Shown here in pieces: positions 44,058 to 52,943 of a DNA stretch of 64,000 bases; the first letter of the stretch is position 1, and every line of letters starts with the position of its first letter. A program made the position numbers and the translations under genes. A model generated the notes under the pieces. The model saw only the letters and a program-made list of their open reading frames with translations. It made no database searches and was not told where the DNA came from. Location: contig CALELS010000015.1 of assembly GCA_937902735.1 (NCBI GenBank), forward strand, positions 15,070 to 79,069, written 5' to 3'. Source of the stretch: an uncultured Bacillales bacterium. GTDB taxonomy: Bacteria; Bacillota_I; Bacilli_A; RFN20; CAG-826.

Positions 44058-45236
44058 ATGAGAATCGCATTATTTACTGATACATATACCCCAGAAATAA
44101 ATGGAGTGGCCTCATCTTGCAAAGCACTTAGAGATATCTTAGTGAAGAATGGCCATGATGTTTTAGTAGTCACCACTAATCCATTCAATAACAAAGTTAT
44201 GCAAGAAAAAGGTGGCATAGTAAGAGTCCCAGGTATTGAGATCAAAAAACTCTACAATTACCGTCTTGCCCAACTTTATAACTCTGAAGTCATGGATATT
44301 GTCCGAAAATTTAAACCAGATATCATTCATACTCAAACCGAATATTCGATTGGTATATTCTCTAGAACTGCTGCGGATAATCTAAAAGTTCCAGTAGTGT
44401 ATACATATCATACTATGTATGAAGATTATTCATATTACATTACAAACGGACACTTTGATAGAGTAGCCAAAGGTATTTTCCGAGTTCTCACTAAAGGTTT
44501 AGTTAATGGAGCTGATGAATTTATTACCCCATCTTTAAAAACCAAGGATTATATGAGACAAATCGGTGTAGATGGCTATATCAATGTCATTCCAACTGGA
44601 ATTGATTTCTCCAAATTCTTTCCTGAAAACATTAAACCAGGTACAAAAGAAAAATTACGTAAGAAATTCAATATTAAACCATCAACTTTTACTGTGCTTT
44701 CTTTAGGTAGAATTGCTCAAGAAAAGAGCATTGATTTTTCAATTGATTGCTTTGCTTATTTCATTAAGAAATACCCTAAAATTGATGCAAAAATGATTAT
44801 TACTGGAAAAGGTCCTGCAGAAGAAGAACTTAAAAAATATGTTAGTGATAACAATTTAAATAACAAAATTATCTTTACTGGACCATGTGATCCAAGCGAA
44901 GTTCAAAACTATTACACATTAGGTGATGCATTTGTATCATCATCATTAAGTGAAACACAAGGTTTAACTTATATGGAAGCTATGGCGGCTCATCTCTACG
45001 TTCTTGCTCGTTATGACCATAACCTAGTAGATGTTATCCAAGATGGAGTGACTGGTTTCTTCTTTGAAAACAAGGAAGAATTCGCTGAAAAACTTTTAAT
45101 AGCTTACAACATGAAAAACAAAAATGATGTATCAATGTTAAATAAAGCCATTAAAGGAATCGACCAATATTCTATTGATACATTTTATGAAAGAATAATG
45201 AAAGCTTATCGACATGCCAGGAAATCAAAATGGTAA
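44058..45236 (+). CDS. GT4 glycosyltransferase, diacylglycerol glucosyltransferase-like (resembles Acholeplasma MGS-type enzymes)
   Basis: MRIALFTDTYTPEINGVASS N-terminus and a C-terminal E(x7)E-type region GLTYMEAMAA; 392 aa. Confidence 0.7.
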   Translation: MRIALFTDTYTPEINGVASSCKALRDILVKNGHDVLVVTTNPFNNKVMQEKGGIVRVPGIEIKKLYNYRLAQLYNSEVMDIVRKFKPDIIHTQTEYSIGIFSRTAADNLKVPVVYTYHTMYEDYSYYITNGHFDRVAKGIFRVLTKGLVNGADEFITPSLKTKDYMRQIGVDGYINVIPTGIDFSKFFPENIKPGTKEKLRKKFNIKPSTFTVLSLGRIAQEKSIDFSIDCFAYFIKKYPKIDAKMIITGKGPAEEELKKYVSDNNLNNKIIFTGPCDPSEVQNYYTLGDAFVSSSLSETQGLTYMEAMAAHLYVLARYDHNLVDVIQDGVTGFFFENKEEFAEKLLIAYNMKNKNDVSMLNKAIKGIDQYSIDTFYERIMKAYRHARKSKW

Positions 45237-45981
45237 GATAATTAACAAAATTAAAGTTAATAAAAAGAATGCCTACGTCTGTTTTGATGATGATTCAAAA
45301 ATAGAAATTTCCCATAACACCTTAGCTGAATTTAATCTTTACAAGAATAAAAGGCTAAGTGATAAACTAATCAAAGATATCTTAAAACAAGATAATTTTG
45401 ATGCTTTATTTCAATACTCTTTAAATATTGCTAATAGATATTTGTGTTCTGAGAAAAAGATGATAGATAAGCTTAAAAAGAAGAATGCTAAAGATAGTGA
45501 TATTAAGAAGATAATAAATAAATTAAAAGAATATAAATTAATAAATGAAGAAGACATGGTCCAATCCTATTTAGAATCTTCAAATCACAAATGTTATGGA
45601 ATTAATAAAATTAAAGAAGGTTTATATAAAAAAGGTATTAATAAATATTTGATTGATAAAATAAATATTTCTTTTGATGAAGAATATAAAAAAGCTAAAA
45701 AATTAGTGAACAAAGCCGTATCTAAATATGATCATCATTCAAATGAAGAAATGAAGAATAAATGCTATCTTTATCTTATTAGATATGGTTACAACCATGA
45801 TGTAATTAACAAAATAATATCTGAAGTAGATGATTTAGATGACAATAAAGAATTAGAAAACCTAACAAAAGAATATAAAAAGATAAGTAGAAAAGACAAA
45901 GATAATAACAAAATGATAAAATATCTAATGTCTAAAGGTTATAAATATAAAGATATAAATAAGATAATAAAGGAGAACTAA
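45214..45981 (+). CDS. Lys-rich helical-repeat protein, possibly RecX-like
   Basis: 255 aa with repeated three-helix-like segments (ALFQYSLNIANRYLCSEKKMIDKLKKK...). The assignment is weak. Confidence 0.35.
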   Translation: MPGNQNGKIINKIKVNKKNAYVCFDDDSKIEISHNTLAEFNLYKNKRLSDKLIKDILKQDNFDALFQYSLNIANRYLCSEKKMIDKLKKKNAKDSDIKKIINKLKEYKLINEEDMVQSYLESSNHKCYGINKIKEGLYKKGINKYLIDKINISFDEEYKKAKKLVNKAVSKYDHHSNEEMKNKCYLYLIRYGYNHDVINKIISEVDDLDDNKELENLTKEYKKISRKDKDNNKMIKYLMSKGYKYKDINKIIKEN

Positions 45982-45982
45982 G

Positions 45983-46921
45983 ATGAAGTGGGTAAAAGAT
46001 TTAATTGATGGAGACTATGTTAACGGTCCTCTTCTTGTAGTTGGAATCACTAAAGGAGTTACAGATAAAGGGCAAGCATATTTAAATGTAACATTACAAG
46101 ACAAAACAGGTTCAGTAGAAGCCAAGAAATGGGAAGTAACTGATTCAGATTTAGTTTTGCTAAGTGTTGGTAATGTAGTTTTTATTGAAGGTACAGTAAA
46201 TCTATACAAGAACATGAATCAACTTAAGATTGCTACTGTAACAGAAGTAAGACCAGAAGAAGTTGATTTCACAATGTTTCAAAAAGTAAGCCCAATTCCT
46301 CTTCCTGAAATGAAGAAGAAATTAGAATATTACCTAAATTCATTTAAAGATAAAGATGTTGAATTAATTACAAAAACAGTCATTCATCATTTTTATGATA
46401 AATACATTACCTATCCTGCTGCAGTTAGAATTCATCATGAATTCGGTAGTGGTATTCTTCACCATTCTCTCGCAATGGCAGATTTAGCAGAAGAAGTTGC
46501 TAAACTTTACCCTCAAGTAGATAGAGATATCTTAATCGCAGGCTGTCTTATGCATGATATTGGTAAAACAATCGAATACGAAAAACCAATGACTCCAAGT
46601 GTCACTGTTGAAGGTAAACTTGCTGGTCATATTTCAATCATGTATGGAGAGTTTAAAAAGATTGTGGATCCTCTAAATATCCAATCAGAAGTCCCATTAT
46701 TGCTTGAACATATGATTCTTGCTCATCATGGCACTCACGAATTTGGATCACCAGTTTTACCATCTACTAGAGAAGCAATGTTACTTAGCATGATTGATCT
46801 TCTTGATTCAAGAATGATGGTAATTGATAAAGCAATGGAAGGAGTAAAACCCGGGGAATTCACCCAAAAGATTTGGGCAATGGATAATATCTGTTTCTAT
46901 AATCCAAAAGAAAGAAAATAA
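45983..46921 (+). CDS. yhaM: 3'-5' exoribonuclease YhaM (OB-fold plus HD domain)
   Basis: N-terminal OB-fold and HD motif HHSLAMADLAEEVAKLY...GCLMHDIGK; 312 aa. Confidence 0.8.
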   Translation: MKWVKDLIDGDYVNGPLLVVGITKGVTDKGQAYLNVTLQDKTGSVEAKKWEVTDSDLVLLSVGNVVFIEGTVNLYKNMNQLKIATVTEVRPEEVDFTMFQKVSPIPLPEMKKKLEYYLNSFKDKDVELITKTVIHHFYDKYITYPAAVRIHHEFGSGILHHSLAMADLAEEVAKLYPQVDRDILIAGCLMHDIGKTIEYEKPMTPSVTVEGKLAGHISIMYGEFKKIVDPLNIQSEVPLLLEHMILAHHGTHEFGSPVLPSTREAMLLSMIDLLDSRMMVIDKAMEGVKPGEFTQKIWAMDNICFYNPKERK

Positions 46922-46983
46922 AAAGTTTTTGTCTTATAAAATAGACAATAGTATAATAAACACGTTTTTAGGAGATACTAATT

Positions 46984-47691
46984 ATGGGTAGACATCACGA
47001 AGTTCGCGCTGCCGCAATGGCCAGAACTGGAAAAATTAAATCAGCATTATATGCTCGCGCTTCAAGAGAAGCTTATTTAGCTGCAAGAACTGGTAGTCCA
47101 GATCCAAAGACTAACCTTGCTCTTAGAGCAGTTTATGAAAAATATCGTGGTAAATCAGTTCCAAGAGATGTTTTTGATAGAGCTATTAAAAAAGCCCAAG
47201 GTGGTGATGCTGAAGTATTTTTAGCAGGAAGATATGAATTCTTTGGTCCGGCCGGTAGCTACATCATTGTCGATACATTAACTGATAATCCAAATCGTGC
47301 CTTAGTAGATGTTAAAACTACTGTAGTTCGTAAAGGCGGTCACTTAGGTAGTGTTGCATATAACTTCACTGAAAGTGGTGTCCTTGCATTTAAAGGAAAT
47401 AACCGTGATGAAGTTGAAGAAGCATTAATCTTAGGTGATGTTGATGTTCAAGAAGTTGAACAAGACGAGGACTTAATTGTTGTCTATGTTGCTCCAGCAG
47501 CATTTGCTCAAGCTAAAGAAGTTTTAGCAGCTATGGGAATCACTGAATATGAAGAAGCTGAAATTCAAATGATTCCAAATGAAACAATTGATATGCCTGA
47601 TGAAGAAACTAAAAACCGTTTCCAAGAACTTATTGATAATTTAGATGAATTAGAAGATGTTCAAAACGTCTTCCATAACGTAAATCTTTAA
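46984..47691 (+). CDS. yebC: YebC/PmpR-family probable transcriptional regulator (YeeN subtype)
   Basis: NLALRAVYEKYRGKSVPRDVFDRAIKKAQGG conserved block; 235 aa. Confidence 0.8.
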   Translation: MGRHHEVRAAAMARTGKIKSALYARASREAYLAARTGSPDPKTNLALRAVYEKYRGKSVPRDVFDRAIKKAQGGDAEVFLAGRYEFFGPAGSYIIVDTLTDNPNRALVDVKTTVVRKGGHLGSVAYNFTESGVLAFKGNNRDEVEEALILGDVDVQEVEQDEDLIVVYVAPAAFAQAKEVLAAMGITEYEEAEIQMIPNETIDMPDEETKNRFQELIDNLDELEDVQNVFHNVNL

Positions 47692-47707
47692 TTAGAATTT
47701 AACAATC

Positions 47708-47737
47708 AATGAGGGTGAAATAATCCCTCATTTTTTG
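47708..47737 (+). terminator. Rho-independent terminator after yebC
   Basis: aatgaggg-tgaaataat-ccctcatt followed by tttttt. Confidence 0.65.
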
Positions 47738-47822
47738 TTAGTTACATTAGGTTACATAATTACACATTTTTACACTTGATGAACTTTTTTACTTATAGTA
47801 AGATAATAGTGAGGAAAAAGAT

Positions 47823-49505
47823 ATGACAATCAAAGAATTACGAAATTCAGTTAAAATGTCTCAAGAAGATTTTGCTCGTATTTTAGGCATTAGTAGAAAA
47901 ACATATATTAATCTTGAAAAACCTAATGCTGAAAAAGAAACGCCTAATTATGAGATATATCTAAAGATTCTTTCTAATCTTTTTTCTACTAAATTCAGAT
48001 GTAGTGTCACTCTAGGTGATGAACTTAAGGAATACTACAATGTAGTAAAAAAATACAAAAAGAGATTTTGTTATAAGTATTTACTTGATTACATAAACAA
48101 TGATTATCGAGGAAAAGTTTGCATTTTGTATGGTCTTAGAAGAACCGGAAAGACCACGATGCTATTTCAACTATTAAACGAACTTGATTTAGCAAAAACA
48201 GCTTACATCAAAGTAAATAGATCAAATACCATGAATGATTTAATTGATGATATTGATTTATTAAAAATGAGAAAGGCTAAATACATATTAATTGATGAAG
48301 TAACCTTAATAGATAATTTCATTGAATCTTGTTCAGTCTTCAGTGATATCTATTCAATGCTTGGTCTAAAAATCATTCTTTCAGGAACAGATTCTTTAGG
48401 TTTTGCTTTTGCAGATAGAAATGAATTATATGACCGTAATGTAATGATTCATACTTCATATATTTCATTTAAAGAATTTTCATATGTTTTAGATATTGAT
48501 GATGTTGATAAATATATCGAATATGGTGGAACACTCAAACACGAGAATATGTCTTTTAATGACCCTAACTATAAAAATGATGAAGTCTCATTTCTAGATG
48601 ATGAATCTACAAGAAAATATATAGATACTGCCATATGCCATAATATTCAGAATTCATTAAAGAACTATAAATACGGAACGATGTTTGTTCATTTGAGAAA
48701 ACTATATGAAAATAATGAACTTACGAATGCTATTAATCGTATCATTCAGGATATGACTCATTCTTTCCTTGTTTCTGTTATTACAAAGACATTTAAATCG
48801 TCAGATCTTGGCTCTTCTAAGAATTTATTAACTCATTCAAGAGATAAAAACATAAGAGAATCTTTAGATAATATTAATGAAGAAAAAGTCATAAAAAAAC
48901 TTAAAGAAATAATTGATGTAAAAGAAAAAGAAGAGACTAAGTTATCAATTGATGAAGATATCGTTTACCAAATCAAAGATTATCTAGAATTACTAGATTT
49001 AACTAGAAATGTTGAATATAGATATGATGATGGTTCGGTCGAAGACTATACAATATTTACCCAGCCAGGAATGAGATATTCAATCACAAAAGCTCTTGTA
49101 TATTCTCTTATGGAAGATACTTCATTTTCATCACTAAAAGAAAAAGAAGCAGTTATTAATCTCATATTAAATGATGTTAAAGGAAGAATGCTTGAAGATA
49201 TAGTGCTTTTAGACACTGTTACAAAGAGTAGAGATTTAAATATTTTCAAATACAAACTTATCACCGGTGGTGAAGTTGACATGGTTATCTCAAAATCTAA
49301 TCTACATGTTGATCTTTATGAGATAAAACATTCTTCATCAATATCCTTTGAAAATCAGACAAGATATTTGAATGATGGAAAGAACCTTTCTTTAATTGAA
49401 AAACAATTTGGACCAATTGATAGTAAGAATGTGATTTATCGCGGTGAAGACAGCGTTGTTAACGGAATTAATTACATAAACGCGGAAAAATATTTAAAAA
49501 GATAA
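47823..49505 (+). CDS. XRE-HTH fused to an AAA+ ATPase of the COG1373 type (AAA_14 plus C-terminal DUF4143 nuclease-like domain)
   Basis: N-terminal HTH MTIKELRNSVKMSQEDFARILGISRKTYINLEK. Walker A ILYGLRRTGKTTML, Walker B YILIDEVTLI, and C-terminal GGEVDMVI (DUF4143 E.D motif). Confidence 0.7.
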   Translation: MTIKELRNSVKMSQEDFARILGISRKTYINLEKPNAEKETPNYEIYLKILSNLFSTKFRCSVTLGDELKEYYNVVKKYKKRFCYKYLLDYINNDYRGKVCILYGLRRTGKTTMLFQLLNELDLAKTAYIKVNRSNTMNDLIDDIDLLKMRKAKYILIDEVTLIDNFIESCSVFSDIYSMLGLKIILSGTDSLGFAFADRNELYDRNVMIHTSYISFKEFSYVLDIDDVDKYIEYGGTLKHENMSFNDPNYKNDEVSFLDDESTRKYIDTAICHNIQNSLKNYKYGTMFVHLRKLYENNELTNAINRIIQDMTHSFLVSVITKTFKSSDLGSSKNLLTHSRDKNIRESLDNINEEKVIKKLKEIIDVKEKEETKLSIDEDIVYQIKDYLELLDLTRNVEYRYDDGSVEDYTIFTQPGMRYSITKALVYSLMEDTSFSSLKEKEAVINLILNDVKGRMLEDIVLLDTVTKSRDLNIFKYKLITGGEVDMVISKSNLHVDLYEIKHSSSISFENQTRYLNDGKNLSLIEKQFGPIDSKNVIYRGEDSVVNGINYINAEKYLKR

Positions 49506-49561
49506 TTGATATTTTACATAATAATCGTTTAAGTATTAATATATGATATCATATACACAAT

Positions 49562-50428
49562 ATGAATAAGAAAATAAACTACATAAATTCCTATAACAAA
49601 GACAAATACAAGATGTATCAATTTCGTATTAAAAGAAGTAATGATGCTTTAATCAATAAATTAGATAATCTCACTAATAGGAACCATTATATTGAGAACC
49701 TTGTTTTAGAAGACATTGATTCATCCATTTTAACTATCAAAGAAATAAAAGATAGAATTCGTCCAATAGTAATTAAGTATAAAATCAAAGAATTGTATCT
49801 ATTTGGTAGCTATGCTAGGGGAGAAGCCAATAGAGATAGCGATATAGATTTATATGGAGATACTGGAAATGCTGGTGGTTTTGAATCACTCGCCATGGCG
49901 GATGAATTTAAAGAAGTCTTAAATAAAGAAGTCGATTTTATTTCAATTGGATCAGAACTAACACCATTATTTAGAGAAGAACTAAATAAAGATAAAATCA
50001 AACTATTTGATAATGATGTTTTGAATGAAAATTTTCACACTTTTTCGTCAAATACCTCCTATATAAGTAATGGAGGAAAAAATATGATAAGTACACGTGA
50101 TAGAAACATCATATTTAACATCATCAAACACTCTAAAAGAGTAATGACCATAATGAAAAATATAAGTTTTAAAGAATTTGATGCTGATGAGCTTAGAAAA
50201 GAAAGCGTTTGTATAAACATTCTTCAAATTAGCGAATTAGCGAAATCATTATCAAGAGAATTCATTAAAAAGCACAATGAAATTCCGTGGAAAAAGATAA
50301 AAGGCAATAGAGATATAATCGCTCATGGATATGGAACGATAAATTTTAAAAGAACGTATAAAACGTGTGTAAATGATATTCCTGTATTGCTTAATTATCT
50401 TGAAAACATATATTTTAACGAAGAGTAG
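49562..50428 (+). CDS. Fused minimal nucleotidyltransferase (MntA-like) plus HEPN (DUF86/HepT-like) protein with an N-terminal extension
   Basis: MNT motif LYLFGSYARGEANRDSDIDLYGD. HEPN motif RDIIAHGY (Rx4HxY). 288 aa. There is no convincing RBS, so the start is uncertain. Confidence 0.65.
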   Translation: MNKKINYINSYNKDKYKMYQFRIKRSNDALINKLDNLTNRNHYIENLVLEDIDSSILTIKEIKDRIRPIVIKYKIKELYLFGSYARGEANRDSDIDLYGDTGNAGGFESLAMADEFKEVLNKEVDFISIGSELTPLFREELNKDKIKLFDNDVLNENFHTFSSNTSYISNGGKNMISTRDRNIIFNIIKHSKRVMTIMKNISFKEFDADELRKESVCINILQISELAKSLSREFIKKHNEIPWKKIKGNRDIIAHGYGTINFKRTYKTCVNDIPVLLNYLENIYFNEE

Positions 50429-50468
50429 TTTGATTGTTTTTAACAGACTTAAACATGAAGATGATACT

Positions 50469-50497
50469 GGGTGAATCAATATTCACCCTATTTCATC
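50469..50497 (+). terminator. Hairpin terminator after the MNT-HEPN gene
   Basis: gggtgaat-caat-attcaccc followed by tatttcat. Confidence 0.5.
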
Positions 50498-50517
50498 AAC
50501 AATATAGAAAAAATCAA

Positions 50518-50546
50518 TTGACTACGTATATGCATGCATATATAAT
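50518..50546 (+). promoter_or_regulatory. Consensus sigma-70 promoter (TTGACT-N17-TATAAT) for rplM-rpsI, with a 65-nt leader
   Basis: Exact hexamers at 50518-50523 and 50541-50546; strong RBS aaggagg before the ATG at 50613. Confidence 0.6.
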
Positions 50547-50612
50547 CTTTTTCGGCACACAGAAAAATCAATAGTCCCGGTAAGATTATTGCTTGAGTAA
50601 GGAGGAAACAAA

Positions 50613-51056
50613 ATGCAACGTCAAACAACGATCGCAAAGCCAAGTGAGATTAGCCGTAAATGGTATGTCATTGATGCAACCGATGTACCTCTCGGTCGTC
50701 TTGCTTCCCTCGTCGCCGTAAAACTTATGGGTAAAGATAAACCTATCTACACCCCACATGTCGATTGCGGTGATTATGTTATTATCGTTAATGCTGAAAA
50801 AGTCGCGCTTAATGGTACAAACAAAAAACAAAACAAAAAATACTACAATGTTTCCGGATATAATGGAGGTCTCCGCACAAGAACTGCTGGAGAAATGCTC
50901 GAAAAATATCCAGAAGAAATGGTAGAAAGATCCGTCTGGGGTATGTTACCAAAGGGTCCACTCGGTAGAGTAATCTACAAGAAACTCTTTGTCTACAAAG
51001 GACCAGAACATAAACACGAAGCTCAGAAACCTGAAGTTCTCGTGTGGAAGAGATAA
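50613..51056 (+). CDS. rplM: 50S ribosomal protein L13
   Basis: [16 protein letters not shown]...; 147 aa. Confidence 0.93.
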   Translation: MQRQTTIAKPSEISRKWYVIDATDVPLGRLASLVAVKLMGKDKPIYTPHVDCGDYVIIVNAEKVALNGTNKKQNKKYYNVSGYNGGLRTRTAGEMLEKYPEEMVERSVWGMLPKGPLGRVIYKKLFVYKGPEHKHEAQKPEVLVWKR

Positions 51057-51067
51057 GGAGAATAGTT

Positions 51068-51460
51068 ATGGCAGAAACTAAAGTATTTTATGGCACAGGC
51101 CGCAGAAAATCTTCTGTCGCTCGCGTCTTCGTTACTGCAGGTAAAGGTAAAATTACTGTCAATGGTGAAGATGTAAATAAATATATGCCTTACGCAACTC
51201 TTGTTATGGATTTAAGCCAACCATTAGAAGTAAGTGGTAACATTGATAAATTCGATGTTAACGCCCAAGTCAAAGGTGGTGGATTCACAGGACAAGCAGG
51301 TGCAATCCGTTTAGGTATTGCTCGTGCTCTTCTTGAAGCAGGTGTTGATCGCAAAACCTTAAAAGTTGCTGGACTCTTAACTCGTGATGCTCGTGCTAAA
51401 GAACGTAAAAAATACGGTCTTAAAGCTGCTCGTCGCGCTCCACAATTCTCCAAACGTTAA
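51068..51460 (+). CDS. rpsI: 30S ribosomal protein S9 (start at [14 protein letters not shown]; the track ORF is extended upstream)
   Basis: [13 protein letters not shown] and C-terminal [29 protein letters not shown]. Confidence 0.93.
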   Translation: MAETKVFYGTGRRKSSVARVFVTAGKGKITVNGEDVNKYMPYATLVMDLSQPLEVSGNIDKFDVNAQVKGGGFTGQAGAIRLGIARALLEAGVDRKTLKVAGLLTRDARAKERKKYGLKAARRAPQFSKR

Positions 51461-51479
51461 TCGTTTCCAAATGTATGCT

Positions 51480-51511
51480 AGAGCCGTGGTGATTCATGGC
51501 TCTTTCTTTTT
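51480..51511 (+). terminator. Rho-independent terminator after rpsI
   Basis: agagcc...ggctct stem followed by ttctttttg. Confidence 0.6.
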
Positions 51512-51625
51512 GCACACATACGTATATATGCGCGTATATGTTTCTATTCTATTTATATAAATAAAAATATCTTTGCAAAATAAATAAAGTATTGTATATT
51601 ATTTAAGCGCTTAGGCGTAAAGAAT

Positions 51626-51702
<77 letters not shown>

Positions 51703-51749
51703 TTTAGATTAATCTAGCCCCGAAAGGGCTATTTTGATAGAAGTGTTTG

Positions 51750-51825
51750 GGGCACTTAGCTCAGCTGGGAGAGCGTTTCCTTCACACGGAAGAGGTCGCA
51801 GGTTCGAGCCCTGTAGCGCCCACCA
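51750..51825 (+). tRNA. tRNA, read as Val (anticodon CAC); Ala-like scaffold
   Basis: GGGCACTTAGCTCAGCTGGGAGAGCGTTTCCTTCACACGGAAGAGGTCGCAGGTTCGAGCCCTGTAGCGCCCACCA. Anticodon stem TTTCC/GGAAG, loop TTCACAC. There is one A-C mismatch in the acceptor stem by my fold. Confidence 0.6.
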
Positions 51826-51843
51826 CTAAAAAACATTACATTT

Positions 51844-51919
51844 GCCGTCTTAGCTCAACTGGCAGAGCAATCGCCTTGTAAGCGATAGGTTGATGGTTCG
51901 ATTCCGTTAGACGGCACCA
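51844..51919 (+). tRNA. tRNA-Thr (anticodon TGT)
   Basis: GCCGTCTTAGCTCAACTGGCAGAGCAATCGCCTTGTAAGCGATAGGTTGATGGTTCGATTCCGTTAGACGGCACCA; anticodon loop CTTGTAA. Confidence 0.85.
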
Positions 51920-51972
51920 CGAAAATGAAATTCCCCCTAATATTTGGGGGTTTATTCATTAAAAATCCACCT

Positions 51973-52057
51973 GGAAGTATGGCGGAACTGGCAGACGCGC
52001 TAGACTTAGGATCTAGTGGGGTAACCCGTGCAAGTTCGATTCTTGTTACTTCCACCA
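51973..52057 (+). tRNA. tRNA-Leu (anticodon TAG), class II with long variable arm
   Basis: GGAAGTATGGCGGAACTGGCAGACGCGCTAGACTTAGGATCTAGTGGGGTAACCCGTGCAAGTTCGATTCTTGTTACTTCCACCA. Confidence 0.85.
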
Positions 52058-52181
52058 GTGTGCACAAATTACAATAACTTAGTTATTGTACACCACAGAA
52101 AATCGCACCATTACGTATGCTATGGTGCTTTCTTTTTTAGATAGACTTTTATGTGGTATATTATATTTAGAGAAACAAATC

Positions 52182-52793
52182 ATGGAAGTAAAATACATTA
52201 AAATCAGAGCGGATTTTAAATATGCGGATAAAGGAAGATTTTATCGTACCTTTTTAGTTAAAGAAGATGTTAATTTAGGTGAACTTGGTGAATTCATAGT
52301 TGAAATATTTGGAGGAACATTAGAACACTATTTTCTATATAGACTAAAAGATAGACATTACGTTCCAAGTGAATGGATGGATGATAGTTTAATGTCTAAC
52401 TTCATTAAATACGAACCATTTAAAGAAAAATCTATTTTAGATTTACCAGATGAATTTGAATTTGCCTATGATACAGGTGATGGCTGGGATTTTAAGTGTA
52501 AAAAATACAAAAAACCTATAATAAAAGAAGTGGATGAAAGTGATATTTCTTTTGGGTTTGTTTTAGAAGGAAAAGGAATGGGTATATGGGAAGATAATAT
52601 ATATTCTTTATATGCTTATCTTAATGGTGAAATAGATAAAGATTTCAATAAAGAAGATGAAGAAAAAGGAATATATAAACCATGGAATTTTGATATAGAT
52701 AAATATTCCGAATTTGATAATCCGTTAGACATTAATGAACTCAATCATATTGCTATGAGTTTTTGGCCTATTGGCGAAGAAAATAGATATTAA
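52182..52793 (+). CDS. pRiA4b ORF-3-like family protein (PF07929-type; YDxGDxW motif); start likely MEVKYIK
   Basis: FAYDTGDGWDFKCK matches the conserved Y-D-F/T-G-D-x-W core of this family. The track ORF from 52086 overlaps tRNA-Leu and has no RBS; the ATG at 52182 is preferred. Confidence 0.5.
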   Translation: MEVKYIKIRADFKYADKGRFYRTFLVKEDVNLGELGEFIVEIFGGTLEHYFLYRLKDRHYVPSEWMDDSLMSNFIKYEPFKEKSILDLPDEFEFAYDTGDGWDFKCKKYKKPIIKEVDESDISFGFVLEGKGMGIWEDNIYSLYAYLNGEIDKDFNKEDEEKGIYKPWNFDIDKYSEFDNPLDINELNHIAMSFWPIGEENRY

Positions 52794-52816
52794 AATACAT
52801 TATTCTTTAATGATTT

Positions 52817-52846
52817 GGTTTACTATGTAAACCATTTTCTTTTTTG
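52817..52846 (+). terminator. Rho-independent terminator before the polysaccharide island
   Basis: ggtttac-tat-gtaaacc followed by attttcttttttg. Confidence 0.65.
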
Positions 52847-52943
52847 TTAACTATACGCTCTAGTTTAACATTTTTTTCTTGCGTGCTCGCGTTATGTGTA
52901 ATATATTAGAGTCTATCTTTTTCAAAAGATAAGAAGTTAATAT

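Noticed and set aside
51855-52067. 70-aa minus-strand ORF
   Set aside because: It overlaps tRNA-Thr and tRNA-Leu on the opposite strand and is an artefact of the tRNA sequence.
52071-52089. Palindrome acaataac-tta-gttattgt just after tRNA-Leu
   Set aside because: It is a perfect 8-bp-arm inverted repeat but has no following T-run and no flanking direct repeats. It could be a weak terminator or processing site for the tRNA transcript. There is not enough to call an att site.
52086-52181. N-terminal 32 codons of the track ORF for the pRiA4b-ORF3-like gene
   Set aside because: The extension begins only 29 nt after tRNA-Leu, has no RBS, and is hydrophobic and low-complexity. The internal ATG at 52182 (MEVKYIK) is the more plausible start.
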